From the NCBI GenBank assembly GCA_965233585.1, contig CBDDTI010000747.1, positions 576,001 to 640,000 on the forward strand: a DNA stretch of 64,000 bases, read 5' to 3'. Numbering within the stretch: the first letter of the stretch is position 1; every line of letters begins with the position of its first letter. Below, piece by piece: positions 31,533 to 40,764 of this stretch. A model generated the notes under the pieces. It had not been told where the DNA came from. It saw only the letters and a program-made list of their open reading frames with translations, and ran no database searches. The position numbers were made by a program, and so were the translations under genes. The stretch comes from a bacterium (lineage in GTDB: Bacteria; SAR324; NAC60-12).

Positions 31533-31577
31533 CTGTCAAATACCGAGAAAAGTTGGGAACATAAGAAAAAAATTTTT

Positions 31578-33068
31578 CTAAACCAAGAGAATATAATTTG
31601 TATCAATAGGCAATGTCAACGTGATTTGACAAAACTGCCCTGTTTTTGAGTCAACTTGAATCTGCCCAGAACAAGCCTCCATTTCTTTTTGAACAGCACC
31701 CATGCCCATTCCCCTTCCTGAAATAATGGAAATCTCATTTTTTGTAGAAACGCCGCTTGCGAAAATTAGCTTGGTTGACACGTCTTGGTCGTTCCTCAAG
31801 GCTGATATTTCATCTTGTGAGAAGTGATTTTGCTGAATGGCTTTTGCTATCAGTGATTCTGAATCAATTCCTCTGCCATCGTCCTTTAGGTAAAGTTTGA
31901 GTAAATTGCCATCTTGTACCACTTGGAGAGTCACGGTCGCTGTTGCTTTTTTTTGAAGTTTTTGACGTTCAGAGGCTGATTCAATGCCATGATCCAAAGC
32001 ATTTTTGAGAAGTTGAGAACACGCATGCCACAGCTTTTCAAAAACAATTTGCGGCAGATGGACTTGGGAAAGAGAACATTCTGCCTGAAAACACACATCT
32101 TTTTGCAAGGCAGTCGCAAGCTGTTGATTGAGGGATTCAAGACGTTCAAATAATTGCGTGATAGACACCATACCTGCATTAAGTAAGTCGTAGTGTAGGG
32201 ACTCAACTTGCTGGGTCAGATGTCCTTTAGCAACATTGGGTTTGAGAGAATTTTGATGAAGTTGTGAACAGTTTTGCAACAACTGATGATAAGTTTTCAT
32301 AGGGATTGTCATCAATTCACTATCTTTGTAGTCTGCAGAATGTTGTAGATTGATGCAAAACCCCTCTGCCAAATCAAATAACATCAAGACAGGTTCAATC
32401 CACTCTTTCAATTCATTGACAGACTTTGAACAAAAATTTTGCAGCTGAGATTCAAGGTCGTGACATGCGTGACCCAAACAATCCAACTGGCAAAAGAACA
32501 ATGTCCCTTTGGCGATGTGTAAATCTTTTTTGAGTTCGTTGATAGGATTTTGTTGTCTGTGAAAATGAGCTAATTTTTCACGCAAGACGGGTAGATATTC
32601 CAAAACATTCTTAATTCGCTCTGAATCCATTTGTTGCACCTCTCGCATCAACTGCATGATTTTATTCACCTGTTGATATTCACTTTGGTCTATGTTCGGA
32701 ATCAATGAGGCAATCACATAATCAAAGGCTTTTTCTCCCAAAATAGGTTTGAAAGTCACTTGATAAACCAAACCATCATGCCATTTGACAGACAAGTTAG
32801 GGCAGAGTTTCATCAAATCCTCTTCTGTCATCAAATTGACATAAAGCTCATCACAAATCAGCTGAAGCCACTCTTCCAGTTGTGTTTTTTCTTTGGGATT
32901 TAATGACTTTGAAAAGACTTGATGAATGGTTTGATGAGTAAAATTTTGAAAGGAATTTGTGTTGTCGTTTTCAGTTTCGTAAACCTCAATAATTGTTCCT
33001 TCTCGGGTTTGAAAAACAAGAGAAACTAGATTTGGGTCTTTCGGGATCAGTTCTGAAAAATCAGTCAT
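31578..33068 (-). CDS. CheA-like histidine kinase (Hpt + HATPase_c) lacking a CheW domain
   Basis: Hpt DLHIAKG..CHDLE; QLLKNALDHGIE, DDGRGID, SGRGMGM; ends right after TLTLP. Confidence 0.8.
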   Translation of the reverse strand: MTDFSELIPKDPNLVSLVFQTREGTIIEVYETENDNTNSFQNFTHQTIHQVFSKSLNPKEKTQLEEWLQLICDELYVNLMTEEDLMKLCPNLSVKWHDGLVYQVTFKPILGEKAFDYVIASLIPNIDQSEYQQVNKIMQLMREVQQMDSERIKNVLEYLPVLREKLAHFHRQQNPINELKKDLHIAKGTLFFCQLDCLGHACHDLESQLQNFCSKSVNELKEWIEPVLMLFDLAEGFCINLQHSADYKDSELMTIPMKTYHQLLQNCSQLHQNSLKPNVAKGHLTQQVESLHYDLLNAGMVSITQLFERLESLNQQLATALQKDVCFQAECSLSQVHLPQIVFEKLWHACSQLLKNALDHGIESASERQKLQKKATATVTLQVVQDGNLLKLYLKDDGRGIDSESLIAKAIQQNHFSQDEISALRNDQDVSTKLIFASGVSTKNEISIISGRGMGMGAVQKEMEACSGQIQVDSKTGQFCQITLTLPIDTNYILLV

Positions 33069-33320
33069 TGATTCAATGTTTTTGGTTTGGAATGTCTTTT
33101 GAGCTTGGAATTTTTACGTCAGGATGCGAAAAATTTCAACCCCGTCAAAAAATAATAAAAACACTCAAGATGCCTTGAAATAAAAGGGATCTTAGAAACA
33201 TTTTTTGACTCAAAAAGACGTAAAGAAGCATCTTTGCATGTTTCACGCCTTAAAAAAAACTTGCATCATTTGAAAAACCAGTTATCCTAACCTGTCTTTA
33301 GTCTATTTATTAGGATAACT

Positions 33321-33431
33321 ATGACACAAGAATCAAGTTCAGAATCAGAAACTTTGACCAAGCAGGTTTGCATCCTTTTCAGTATTGGAATCCTGCTGTT
33401 TACTCTTCCAATCGTTTTTTTCATTTTATGA
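33321..33431 (+). CDS. Unannotated 36-aa single-TM protein heading the cox operon
   Basis: MTQESSSESETLTKQVCILFSIGILLFTLPIVFFIL*, TAGGA RBS, ends 37 nt before coxB. Confidence 0.55.
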   Translation: MTQESSSESETLTKQVCILFSIGILLFTLPIVFFIL

Positions 33432-33468
33432 CTCTTCACCCTAACTTTTTACTAGGAGCTATTCGGCT

Positions 33469-34203
33469 ATGATCTCTTACTTCGTGGAACAAGCATCGGC
33501 TGCTGCCTCAAAAATTGACTTCCTGTTTGACATGATCACTGTCATTGTTGGATTTTGGTTTATTCTGACACAGGGTTTGATTGTTTACTTACTGGTCAAA
33601 TTCAGACGTGGGAAATCTCCCAAAGCTCAGTATATTTCAGGAGAAAAGCATCGTGAGTCTCGTTGGGTACACATTCCTCACTATCTGGTCATTGTTTGTG
33701 ACATTGCAATTATTGCCGTCACCATTCCGCTATGGGGAGAGTTAAAAGTGAACCCAATCGTTCCAGATTTGAAAATCAGAGCAATCGGACAACAATGGTC
33801 TTGGATTTTTATCCACCCAGGAGCCGATGGCATTTTGGACACAGCAGATGACATCAAAACGGTCAATGACCTGAGACTTGTGGTGAACAAAAAGTACCAC
33901 GTTGAGATGCAGTCTCGCGATGTACTCCATGATTTGTCCATTCCAGCTTTCCGTTTCAAACAAGACACAATTCCCGGTCGCTCCGTTTTAGGCTGGTTTG
34001 AGCCAACAAAAACAGGAAATTTTTCAGTGCAGTGTGCTGAAATGTGCGGAATAGGTCATGGTTTAATGGCAGCAAGGGTTCAAGTTCAAACAGAAGAAGA
34101 ACACAAAAAATGGATTGTGTCTGTCCAAAACACACAAGAAGGTGTTGCCCAGACTGAACGAGTTGTAGAGCCGTTTACAGAAAAATTGACTGCAGGTTTC
34201 TAA
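33469..34203 (+). CDS. coxB: Cytochrome c oxidase subunit II
   Basis: Two TM helices, GQQWSW, DVLH, CuA motif CAEMCGIGHGLM. Confidence 0.95.
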   Translation: MISYFVEQASAAASKIDFLFDMITVIVGFWFILTQGLIVYLLVKFRRGKSPKAQYISGEKHRESRWVHIPHYLVIVCDIAIIAVTIPLWGELKVNPIVPDLKIRAIGQQWSWIFIHPGADGILDTADDIKTVNDLRLVVNKKYHVEMQSRDVLHDLSIPAFRFKQDTIPGRSVLGWFEPTKTGNFSVQCAEMCGIGHGLMAARVQVQTEEEHKKWIVSVQNTQEGVAQTERVVEPFTEKLTAGF

Positions 34204-34265
34204 CTGATTCAAATTTTACAATTCATTTTTAGAAAATCTATTTTATTTTTTTGAGGAGAAGAGTT

Positions 34266-35939
34266 ATGAGTGATCATCACAATCAGAGTTTTTGGAGCAA
34301 GTACGTTTTTTCAGTAGATCACAAAGTGATAGGCATGCAGTATCTGTTTACTGGAATGTTTATGGCTGTGATTGGTGGCTTAATGGCATACGTGTTTAGA
34401 ATGCAACTGGCTTTCCCTGGTGAAGCTGTACCGGGGTTTGGGGTGGTTTCGCCAGCCAACTATAATTCCCTGGTCACGAACCATGGAACCATCATGGTTT
34501 TCTGGGTTGCCATGCCCATTTTACTTGCTGCGCTTGGTAATTTCTTAATTCCGTTGATGATTGGTTGCGATGACATGGTTTTTCCACGGCTCAATCGTCT
34601 TTCCTACCAAATCTTTTTACTGAGTGCCATCGTGTTGATTTTCTCTTGGTTTGTTCCAGGGGGAGGTTTTGGCGGTGCGTGGACTTCTTATCCTCCTCTT
34701 TCTGCACGTGCAGAGTTTAACCATACAGATTGGGGAGCTAGCTTATGGCTTGTGGCAGTTGCATTAGAGATTGTTGCATTTTTAATAGGTGGCATTAACT
34801 TTCTGACAACGACGATGAACTCTAGGGCGCCCGGTATGACAATCTTCCGTTTACCCATCATCGTTTGGATGATCAACATTGCCACAGTGGTTTTTATGGC
34901 TTCCGTTGGACCTTTGGTAGCTGGTGCAATCATGCTTTTTATGGACCAACGTTTGGGAACATCGTTTTTTGTTCCTGACCAAGGCGGTGACCCTATTTTG
35001 TGGCAGCATCTATTTTGGTTTTTTGGACACCCTGAAGTGTACGTAGTCTTATTCCCGCCTATGGGCATTTGTGCAGAAATTTTTACAACTTTTTGCCGAA
35101 AAAAGATATTCGGCTACAAAATCATCATTTACACTGCCATTGCAACGGGTGGACTCAGTTTTATTGTCTGGGCGCACCATCAATTCATTGCAGGAATTGA
35201 CCCGCGGATGGGAACTGTTTTTGCCATCACGACTGTTTTAATTTCCATTCCTGTTGCAGAGATGATCTTTTCTTACATTGCCACACTTTATGGCGGTTCT
35301 ATTGAGTTTAAAACGCCTATGTTGTGGGCATTATCCTTTTTGTTCACTTTCATTCTTGGTGGTGTCACGGGTATTCACTTGGGAGCAAACGCATCTGATG
35401 CCTACCTGCATGATACCTATTTTGTTCTTGCACACTTTCACTATACGTTCTTTCCTATTGCCATCATTGGTTCGTTTGCCGCCTTTTACTATTGGTTTCC
35501 CAAAATGTTTGGAAAGATGCTTGACGAAACGTTAGGCAAAATTCATTGCCTTGGCACAGTTGCTACATTCAACCTTGTGTTCATTCCTCTTTTCTTTTTA
35601 GGACTAGCAGGTCAACATCGTAGAATTTGGGGGTTCACATCTGAGAATTATCCTGAACTTGCCAAATATCAAGATGTTCGTGTGTTTGCCACCGTCTCAT
35701 TGGTTTTCATGTTGCTCTTTCAAATCCCTTTCTTTATCAATCTAATCATCACGTTTCGTAAAAAGACTAAAGATGCGGGCGAAAATCCTTGGAAGGCAAA
35801 TAGCTTAGAATGGCTTACTCCTTCTCCTCCACCACATGGAAACTTCCCGGACGGCATGCCTGAAGTGTATAGAGGACCTTACGAATACAGTCTGCCAGAC
35901 CGTCAAGATGACTACTTTCCCCAATATGTTAAAGCATAA
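34266..35939 (+). CDS. coxA: Cytochrome c oxidase subunit I, A1 type (start ATG 34266)
   Basis: SVDHKVIG, NHGTIM, WFFGHPEVY, WAHH, AHFHY; GAGGAG RBS. Confidence 0.97.
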   Translation: MSDHHNQSFWSKYVFSVDHKVIGMQYLFTGMFMAVIGGLMAYVFRMQLAFPGEAVPGFGVVSPANYNSLVTNHGTIMVFWVAMPILLAALGNFLIPLMIGCDDMVFPRLNRLSYQIFLLSAIVLIFSWFVPGGGFGGAWTSYPPLSARAEFNHTDWGASLWLVAVALEIVAFLIGGINFLTTTMNSRAPGMTIFRLPIIVWMINIATVVFMASVGPLVAGAIMLFMDQRLGTSFFVPDQGGDPILWQHLFWFFGHPEVYVVLFPPMGICAEIFTTFCRKKIFGYKIIIYTAIATGGLSFIVWAHHQFIAGIDPRMGTVFAITTVLISIPVAEMIFSYIATLYGGSIEFKTPMLWALSFLFTFILGGVTGIHLGANASDAYLHDTYFVLAHFHYTFFPIAIIGSFAAFYYWFPKMFGKMLDETLGKIHCLGTVATFNLVFIPLFFLGLAGQHRRIWGFTSENYPELAKYQDVRVFATVSLVFMLLFQIPFFINLIITFRKKTKDAGENPWKANSLEWLTPSPPPHGNFPDGMPEVYRGPYEYSLPDRQDDYFPQYVKA

Positions 35940-35959
35940 AATCAATTAGGAGCTGATTT

Positions 35960-36538
35960 ATGGCACATACTCAACCGATTGCAACAACTCGTTCCGCAAC
36001 TGGAGTTCCAACAGGAAGACTGGCGGTGTGGTGGGTGATTTCCTCTGAAATTTTTATTTTTGGGGGGCTCATTCTGACTTACCTACTCATGCGTTTGGGG
36101 CTGCCTGAATGGGGAGAAGATGCGGCACAGACACACACAGTTGCTGGGGCAATCAATACTTTTTTTCTGTTAACTTCCAGTTTAACGATTGTTCTAGCTC
36201 ACCATGCTGCAGAACATAAAGAATGTGATAAAGCGTTCAAATACATCTGGTTTACAATAGGTTTTGGATTATTGTTTTTGGTCGTCAAAAGCTATGAATA
36301 TACCACCAAAATTGTGCATGACATTGTGTTGACAACCAATGTGTTTTGGAGCTTTTACTACACTACAACGGCTCTTCACGCAACTCATGTGGTTGCTGGA
36401 ATGATCATTATGGGGGTCATCTCTTTTGAGGTCAAAAAGGGGAGAAATTTGCAACGTGTGGAACTCATCGGCATCTATTGGCATTTTGTTGATGTGGTTT
36501 GGATTTTCTTGTTTCCTCTGCTCTACATCGCTAAATAA
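35960..36538 (+). CDS. coxC: Cytochrome c oxidase subunit III (short 5-TM form)
   Basis: SEIFIFGG, NTFFLLTSS, HATHV, YWHFVDVVWIFLFPLLY. Confidence 0.92.
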   Translation: MAHTQPIATTRSATGVPTGRLAVWWVISSEIFIFGGLILTYLLMRLGLPEWGEDAAQTHTVAGAINTFFLLTSSLTIVLAHHAAEHKECDKAFKYIWFTIGFGLLFLVVKSYEYTTKIVHDIVLTTNVFWSFYYTTTALHATHVVAGMIIMGVISFEVKKGRNLQRVELIGIYWHFVDVVWIFLFPLLYIAK

Positions 36539-36556
36539 TTTAAGAAGGAGGTTGTT

Positions 36557-36940
36557 ATGTCTGCTGAAGCATCTACAAAGCGTTATGTTAAAATTTATTT
36601 TATCTTGCTAGGACTTCTGGTTGTCAGCTTAATTGGTCCAGAAATAGGGATTCAATGGATTACATTAATCACAGCTTTTGGAATTGCCATTGTCAAAGCA
36701 TATATTGTTGTTGCAGAGTATATGCACCTGAAAATTGAGAAGAGAGTTGTAATTTACATGATGGCAGTGTCTCTTGTCATGGTTTTTGCGTTCTTTATTG
36801 GTTCTGCACCTGATGTTTTGTCACACAAAGCAGAGCCTTGGTCTCGTGATGGGACAGTTATCTCAGGCAACTGTATTGCATCAAAAAATGAACATTTCAC
36901 CTGCGTTAAGCAACGTCGTCAACTTTTGGAAGAAGAATAA
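36557..36940 (+). CDS. Cytochrome c oxidase subunit IV family protein
   Basis: Three TM helices, AIVKA..V.EYMHLK. Confidence 0.85.
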   Translation: MSAEASTKRYVKIYFILLGLLVVSLIGPEIGIQWITLITAFGIAIVKAYIVVAEYMHLKIEKRVVIYMMAVSLVMVFAFFIGSAPDVLSHKAEPWSRDGTVISGNCIASKNEHFTCVKQRRQLLEEE

Positions 36941-36943
36941 AAG

Positions 36944-37513
36944 ATGCCAAATACAGTGCAAACTCACAATCCCCGTATTCCCAATGGTGTTCTGGGTATA
37001 GGAATGGCAATTATTGTAGAAATCGTTTACTTTGCGGCGCTTGTTAGCTCCTATCTTGTCTTGCGTGCCAACACCGTAGAATGGCCCCCTTGGGGGCAAC
37101 CCAGATTGCCAGTTGAAACCACTGCTTTAAACACTGTGGTCTTGCTTTTAAGCGGTTTCTTTCTTTTTCGTGCAAGGCAACAGTTTGTCAGCCAGCCTCA
37201 AACCTTCCCTGCCAGATTAGTCTTACTTTCCATACTTTGTGGAGCGTTCTTTCTTCTTTTTCAAGGTTATGAATGGGTACGGTTGATTAATTTTGGCTTA
37301 ACGGTTCAATCAGGGCAGTATGGCAGTATTTTCTATTTGCTGATTGGTTCACATGCTCTTCATGTTGCTGCGGGCTTATGTGGACTCTGCTATCTTCACT
37401 ACCAGGGACTCAAAAATTGCATGACAAACGAAATGTCGCTTGTGGGTGCAATGTTTTGGTATTTTGTTGTTGGATTGTGGCCGATTTTGTACGTTTTGGT
37501 GTATCTAATTTAG
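36944..37513 (+). CDS. Second heme-copper oxidase subunit III-like protein
   Basis: NTVVLLLSG, QGYEW, GSHALHV, FWYFVVGLW. Confidence 0.85.
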   Translation: MPNTVQTHNPRIPNGVLGIGMAIIVEIVYFAALVSSYLVLRANTVEWPPWGQPRLPVETTALNTVVLLLSGFFLFRARQQFVSQPQTFPARLVLLSILCGAFFLLFQGYEWVRLINFGLTVQSGQYGSIFYLLIGSHALHVAAGLCGLCYLHYQGLKNCMTNEMSLVGAMFWYFVVGLWPILYVLVYLI

Positions 37514-37546
37514 TCATTCTTTTTCAAATTTTCAAAAAAAGTTTCT

Positions 37547-37759
37547 ATGCCCTACTTAGTGTCATCAGTGTTCTTTTTGTTTTTTTCTCCTGTTTCCCTT
37601 TTTGCATGTGCTGTTTGTGTTGCAGGAAATGAAGCGACCCGCATGACATACTATTGGGCAACGTGGATTATGGCGTTGCTTCCAATCTTGCTCATTGGAA
37701 GTGCAAGCTGGTTTCTTTACAGATTCTTTAAAAAACATTCGGTTGAAGCACAACCGTAA
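37547..37759 (+). CDS. Small membrane protein with CxxC motif in the cox operon
   Basis: Signal-like N-terminus, ACAVC, one TM helix, basic tail. Confidence 0.65.
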   Translation: MPYLVSSVFFLFFSPVSLFACAVCVAGNEATRMTYYWATWIMALLPILLIGSASWFLYRFFKKHSVEAQP

Positions 37760-37797
37760 ACAAATTTTGCCACCTATCAAGCATCATCAATTTCATT

Positions 37798-38706
37798 ATG
37801 AAAGCAAAAAGTGTCGCACTTGCTCTGGCATGCCCTTTGGTTAAAAAATCATTACTTTCGGTGTATTGGGAACTTTTGAAGGTGAGGCTTCTTTCCATGG
37901 CGCTCATCACCCTTGCCCTTGCCTTTTACATGGAGGCTTCTTCTGTCCATGATGTTGTGTTGCTTTTTCATGCTTTAGTTGGGGGGTTTCTTGTTGGAGG
38001 AGGAGGGCATGCCATGAACCAATGGCTGGAAAAAGATTTAGATGCTTTGATGGAGAGAACCCAATCCCGCCCCTTGCCTGCTGAAAAAATTGCTCCTTAT
38101 CATGCCATGTTCTATGGTCTTTCTCTTTCCATAGCAGGTTTTGTGTATCTGGGAATGGCAGTGAATTTGCTTGCCATGGTTTTTGGCATGTTGACATGGT
38201 TTTTGTATGTTTGGGTTTATACGCCGCTCAAGCAAAAAACAATTTGGAATACATGGATTGGTGCCATACCGGGTGCATTACCCACAGTGATTGGATATGT
38301 CTCTGCAACAAATTCGTTGTCGTGGGAAGCTATCAGTTTGTTTAGCCTGCTTTTCTTTTGGCAGATTCCTCATTTTTTTGCGATTGCTGTCATGTATCGT
38401 AAGGACTACCAAAGGGGAAATTATCAGATGCTACCATGCAAAGAAGAGATCCTTCAGAAAACAAGAAGGCATACTTTGGGACATACTTTGTTGACAGTGT
38501 TAGTCAGCTTTTTGCCTGTTTATTTTGGACAAGCAGGATTTGTCTATCTGGCAGGGGCATGTCTTTCAGGAGTAGGCTTTTTGTGGGTCGCATGGCAGTT
38601 TTATCAAAGTCCAAACGTGAACATTGCCCGCCGCTTGTGTATCTCTTCAATCATTTATCTACCTATCGTTTTGTTGGCTCTTGGCATTGACAAATTCATC
38701 TCATAG
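37798..38706 (+). CDS. ctaB: Heme O synthase (protoheme IX farnesyltransferase)
   Basis: LLKVR, DALMERTQSRPLP, YTPLK, GAIPGALP, WQIPHF, DY. Confidence 0.95.
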   Translation: MKAKSVALALACPLVKKSLLSVYWELLKVRLLSMALITLALAFYMEASSVHDVVLLFHALVGGFLVGGGGHAMNQWLEKDLDALMERTQSRPLPAEKIAPYHAMFYGLSLSIAGFVYLGMAVNLLAMVFGMLTWFLYVWVYTPLKQKTIWNTWIGAIPGALPTVIGYVSATNSLSWEAISLFSLLFFWQIPHFFAIAVMYRKDYQRGNYQMLPCKEEILQKTRRHTLGHTLLTVLVSFLPVYFGQAGFVYLAGACLSGVGFLWVAWQFYQSPNVNIARRLCISSIIYLPIVLLALGIDKFIS

Positions 38707-39628
38707 TTTCTTTTGGAGGCTTTCTTATTTTTGTAGCTTCCTGACATGGATATTGATTTCATTTGGCACGATTGTCCGTCTGAAGGGTGCAGGTCTGGCT
38801 TGCCCTGATTGGCCTCTTTGCTATGGTCAAATTGTCCCCCCGCCCGGACTACCGATTGCCTTAGAGGTTGGGCATCGCTTTGTTGCTACCATTCTTGGCA
38901 TTTTTTGCATTCTCCTTGTCACTTTAACTTACAAAAAAGTTTGGAGTGCGTTTAGGATTCACGCCTGGGGTTGTCTGATTTTAGTGACGGTGCAAGGCAT
39001 TTTTGGTGGACTGACTGTGACCATGAAGCTCAACCCGATGATTGTGACTTTTCACCTCATTGGTGGGAATTTAGTCCTTGCTTTGTTTATCTATATGAGT
39101 TACATCAGCAGGTTTGGAGCGGTTAGGAGTTACCAATGGAAGAAAGCGAAACCTCATCTTTTAGCATTGCTGGCATTGTTTGTTGTTTTATTTTCAGGGG
39201 GTTACAACAGCTCCACTTACTCCAGTTATTCATGTCAAGGCTTCCCCGGTTGCCATGCCACCAGTTCTTTTTCATTTGGGGTCAAAGACATTAACCCACA
39301 GATTCCCAAAGTTCATAACTTGTCTGAAGACTTCTTCCCCTTGAATCAATCTACTCTAATTCACATGGTGCATCGTCTTCTTGCTATCACTTTTGGTCTG
39401 GGTATGATGGTCTTTGCATGGAAGCAGCAAGGTCAAGTTCGTAGTATCATCATTCTCTTGTTACTGACTCAGATTGGGGTAGGGGTCGCCAACGCACTCT
39501 TGAGCATTCCTGTTCCTCTTTCTACTCTACATACAGCTATTGCAGCAACACTAGTTGGATTATTGACTTATCAATTCACTCATTCGCTTCATGCTCAGCC
39601 TCACAGTTCAAGACCTACCAGCACTTAA
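38624..39628 (+). CDS. ctaA: Heme A synthase (COX15/CtaA); true start probably near TTG 38687
   Basis: GAGLACPDWPLC, EVGHR, second Cys pair CQGFPGC, HMVHR, TLH. Confidence 0.92.
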   Translation: MPAACVSLQSFIYLSFCWLLALTNSSHSFFWRLSYFCSFLTWILISFGTIVRLKGAGLACPDWPLCYGQIVPPPGLPIALEVGHRFVATILGIFCILLVTLTYKKVWSAFRIHAWGCLILVTVQGIFGGLTVTMKLNPMIVTFHLIGGNLVLALFIYMSYISRFGAVRSYQWKKAKPHLLALLALFVVLFSGGYNSSTYSSYSCQGFPGCHATSSFSFGVKDINPQIPKVHNLSEDFFPLNQSTLIHMVHRLLAITFGLGMMVFAWKQQGQVRSIIILLLLTQIGVGVANALLSIPVPLSTLHTAIAATLVGLLTYQFTHSLHAQPHSSRPTST

Positions 39629-40016
39629 TGCAATCCTCAATACACTAGCATTCTGCTTCATTGTTTCGGCAATCATTGCTATCAAAAAAGGCAATATTCC
39701 ACTACATAAAAGATGTATGTTGACTGCGACATTCATATCCGCATTGTTTTTAACAAGTTACAGCATTTATCACTATTACGTGGGGTCTGTTGCCTTTACA
39801 GGGGTTGGTTTAATACGTGTCGTTTATTTTACTATCTTGATTCCTCACATCATTTTAGCGGCAGTTCAAGTTCCTTTGATTTTGTTCACGCTTTACTTTG
39901 CACTTTCTTCCAAAATTTCCAAACATCGTCGTCTTGCCAAGTGGACAACTCCAATCTGGTTGTTTGTTTCAGTGACTGGTGTCATTATTTATCTGATGCT
40001 TTATCACATGGTTTAG
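39591..40016 (+). CDS. DUF420 (CtaM/YozB-like) oxidase assembly membrane protein
   Basis: LPALNA, HKRCM, FLTSY, PHIILA, HRRLAK..PIWLFVSVTGV. Confidence 0.88.
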   Translation: MLSLTVQDLPALNAILNTLAFCFIVSAIIAIKKGNIPLHKRCMLTATFISALFLTSYSIYHYYVGSVAFTGVGLIRVVYFTILIPHIILAAVQVPLILFTLYFALSSKISKHRRLAKWTTPIWLFVSVTGVIIYLMLYHMV

Positions 40017-40017
40017 A

Positions 40018-40764
40018 ATGTCTAAAATCATTGATGTCAAAAACTTGTACACCCATTATGGAAGTCATGCCATTCATACCAACATCAGTTTTCATGTCAA
40101 TCAAGGTGAAATTTTCATCATTCTTGGGGGCAGTGGTTGTGGTAAGAGTACGCTACTCAAACACATAGGCAGATTGCTGACTCCCACACATGGGCAAATC
40201 CTTATTGATCAGGTAGATGTTGCCAATTTGCATGAAGAAGCACTTGTCAAAGCGATGCAACCTGTTGGCTTTATGTTTCAGTCGGGTGCTTTGTTCGGTT
40301 CGCTGAATTTGCTGGAAAATGTCTGCGTGCCATTATACAAATATACTGATTTTCCATCACGATTGATTGAAAGCATTGCCTTTGCAAAACTGAAGTTGGT
40401 AGGTTTAAGCGGTTTTGAAAAGTATTATCCCCATGAGATTAGTGGAGGCATGAAAAAAAGAGCAGGCGTTGCAAGGGCAATGGCACTTGACCCTAAAATC
40501 TTATTGCTAGACGAACCTAGTGCGGGGCTTGACCCCATCAGTGCAGATGAACTGGACGAGCTGATTTTAGAACTCAATCGTGCATTACAAGTGACATTTG
40601 TGATTGTGACGCATGAATTACCCAGCATTTTCAAAATTGCACAACGCGTCATTATGCTGGGGCAATGCAGGATTCAGGCAGAAGGCAAGCCTGAAGATTT
40701 AAAACACTCTCCAAAACCTTGGATTTCTAATTTTTTTCAAAGACGTGGTAAGTTTAAGCAATGA
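40018..40764 (+). CDS. mlaF: MlaF/Mkl-type ABC transporter ATPase
   Basis: GGSGCGKST, FQSGALFGSL, ISGGMKKR, DEPSAGLDP, VTHEL. Confidence 0.88.
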   Translation: MSKIIDVKNLYTHYGSHAIHTNISFHVNQGEIFIILGGSGCGKSTLLKHIGRLLTPTHGQILIDQVDVANLHEEALVKAMQPVGFMFQSGALFGSLNLLENVCVPLYKYTDFPSRLIESIAFAKLKLVGLSGFEKYYPHEISGGMKKRAGVARAMALDPKILLLDEPSAGLDPISADELDELILELNRALQVTFVIVTHELPSIFKIAQRVIMLGQCRIQAEGKPEDLKHSPKPWISNFFQRRGKFKQ

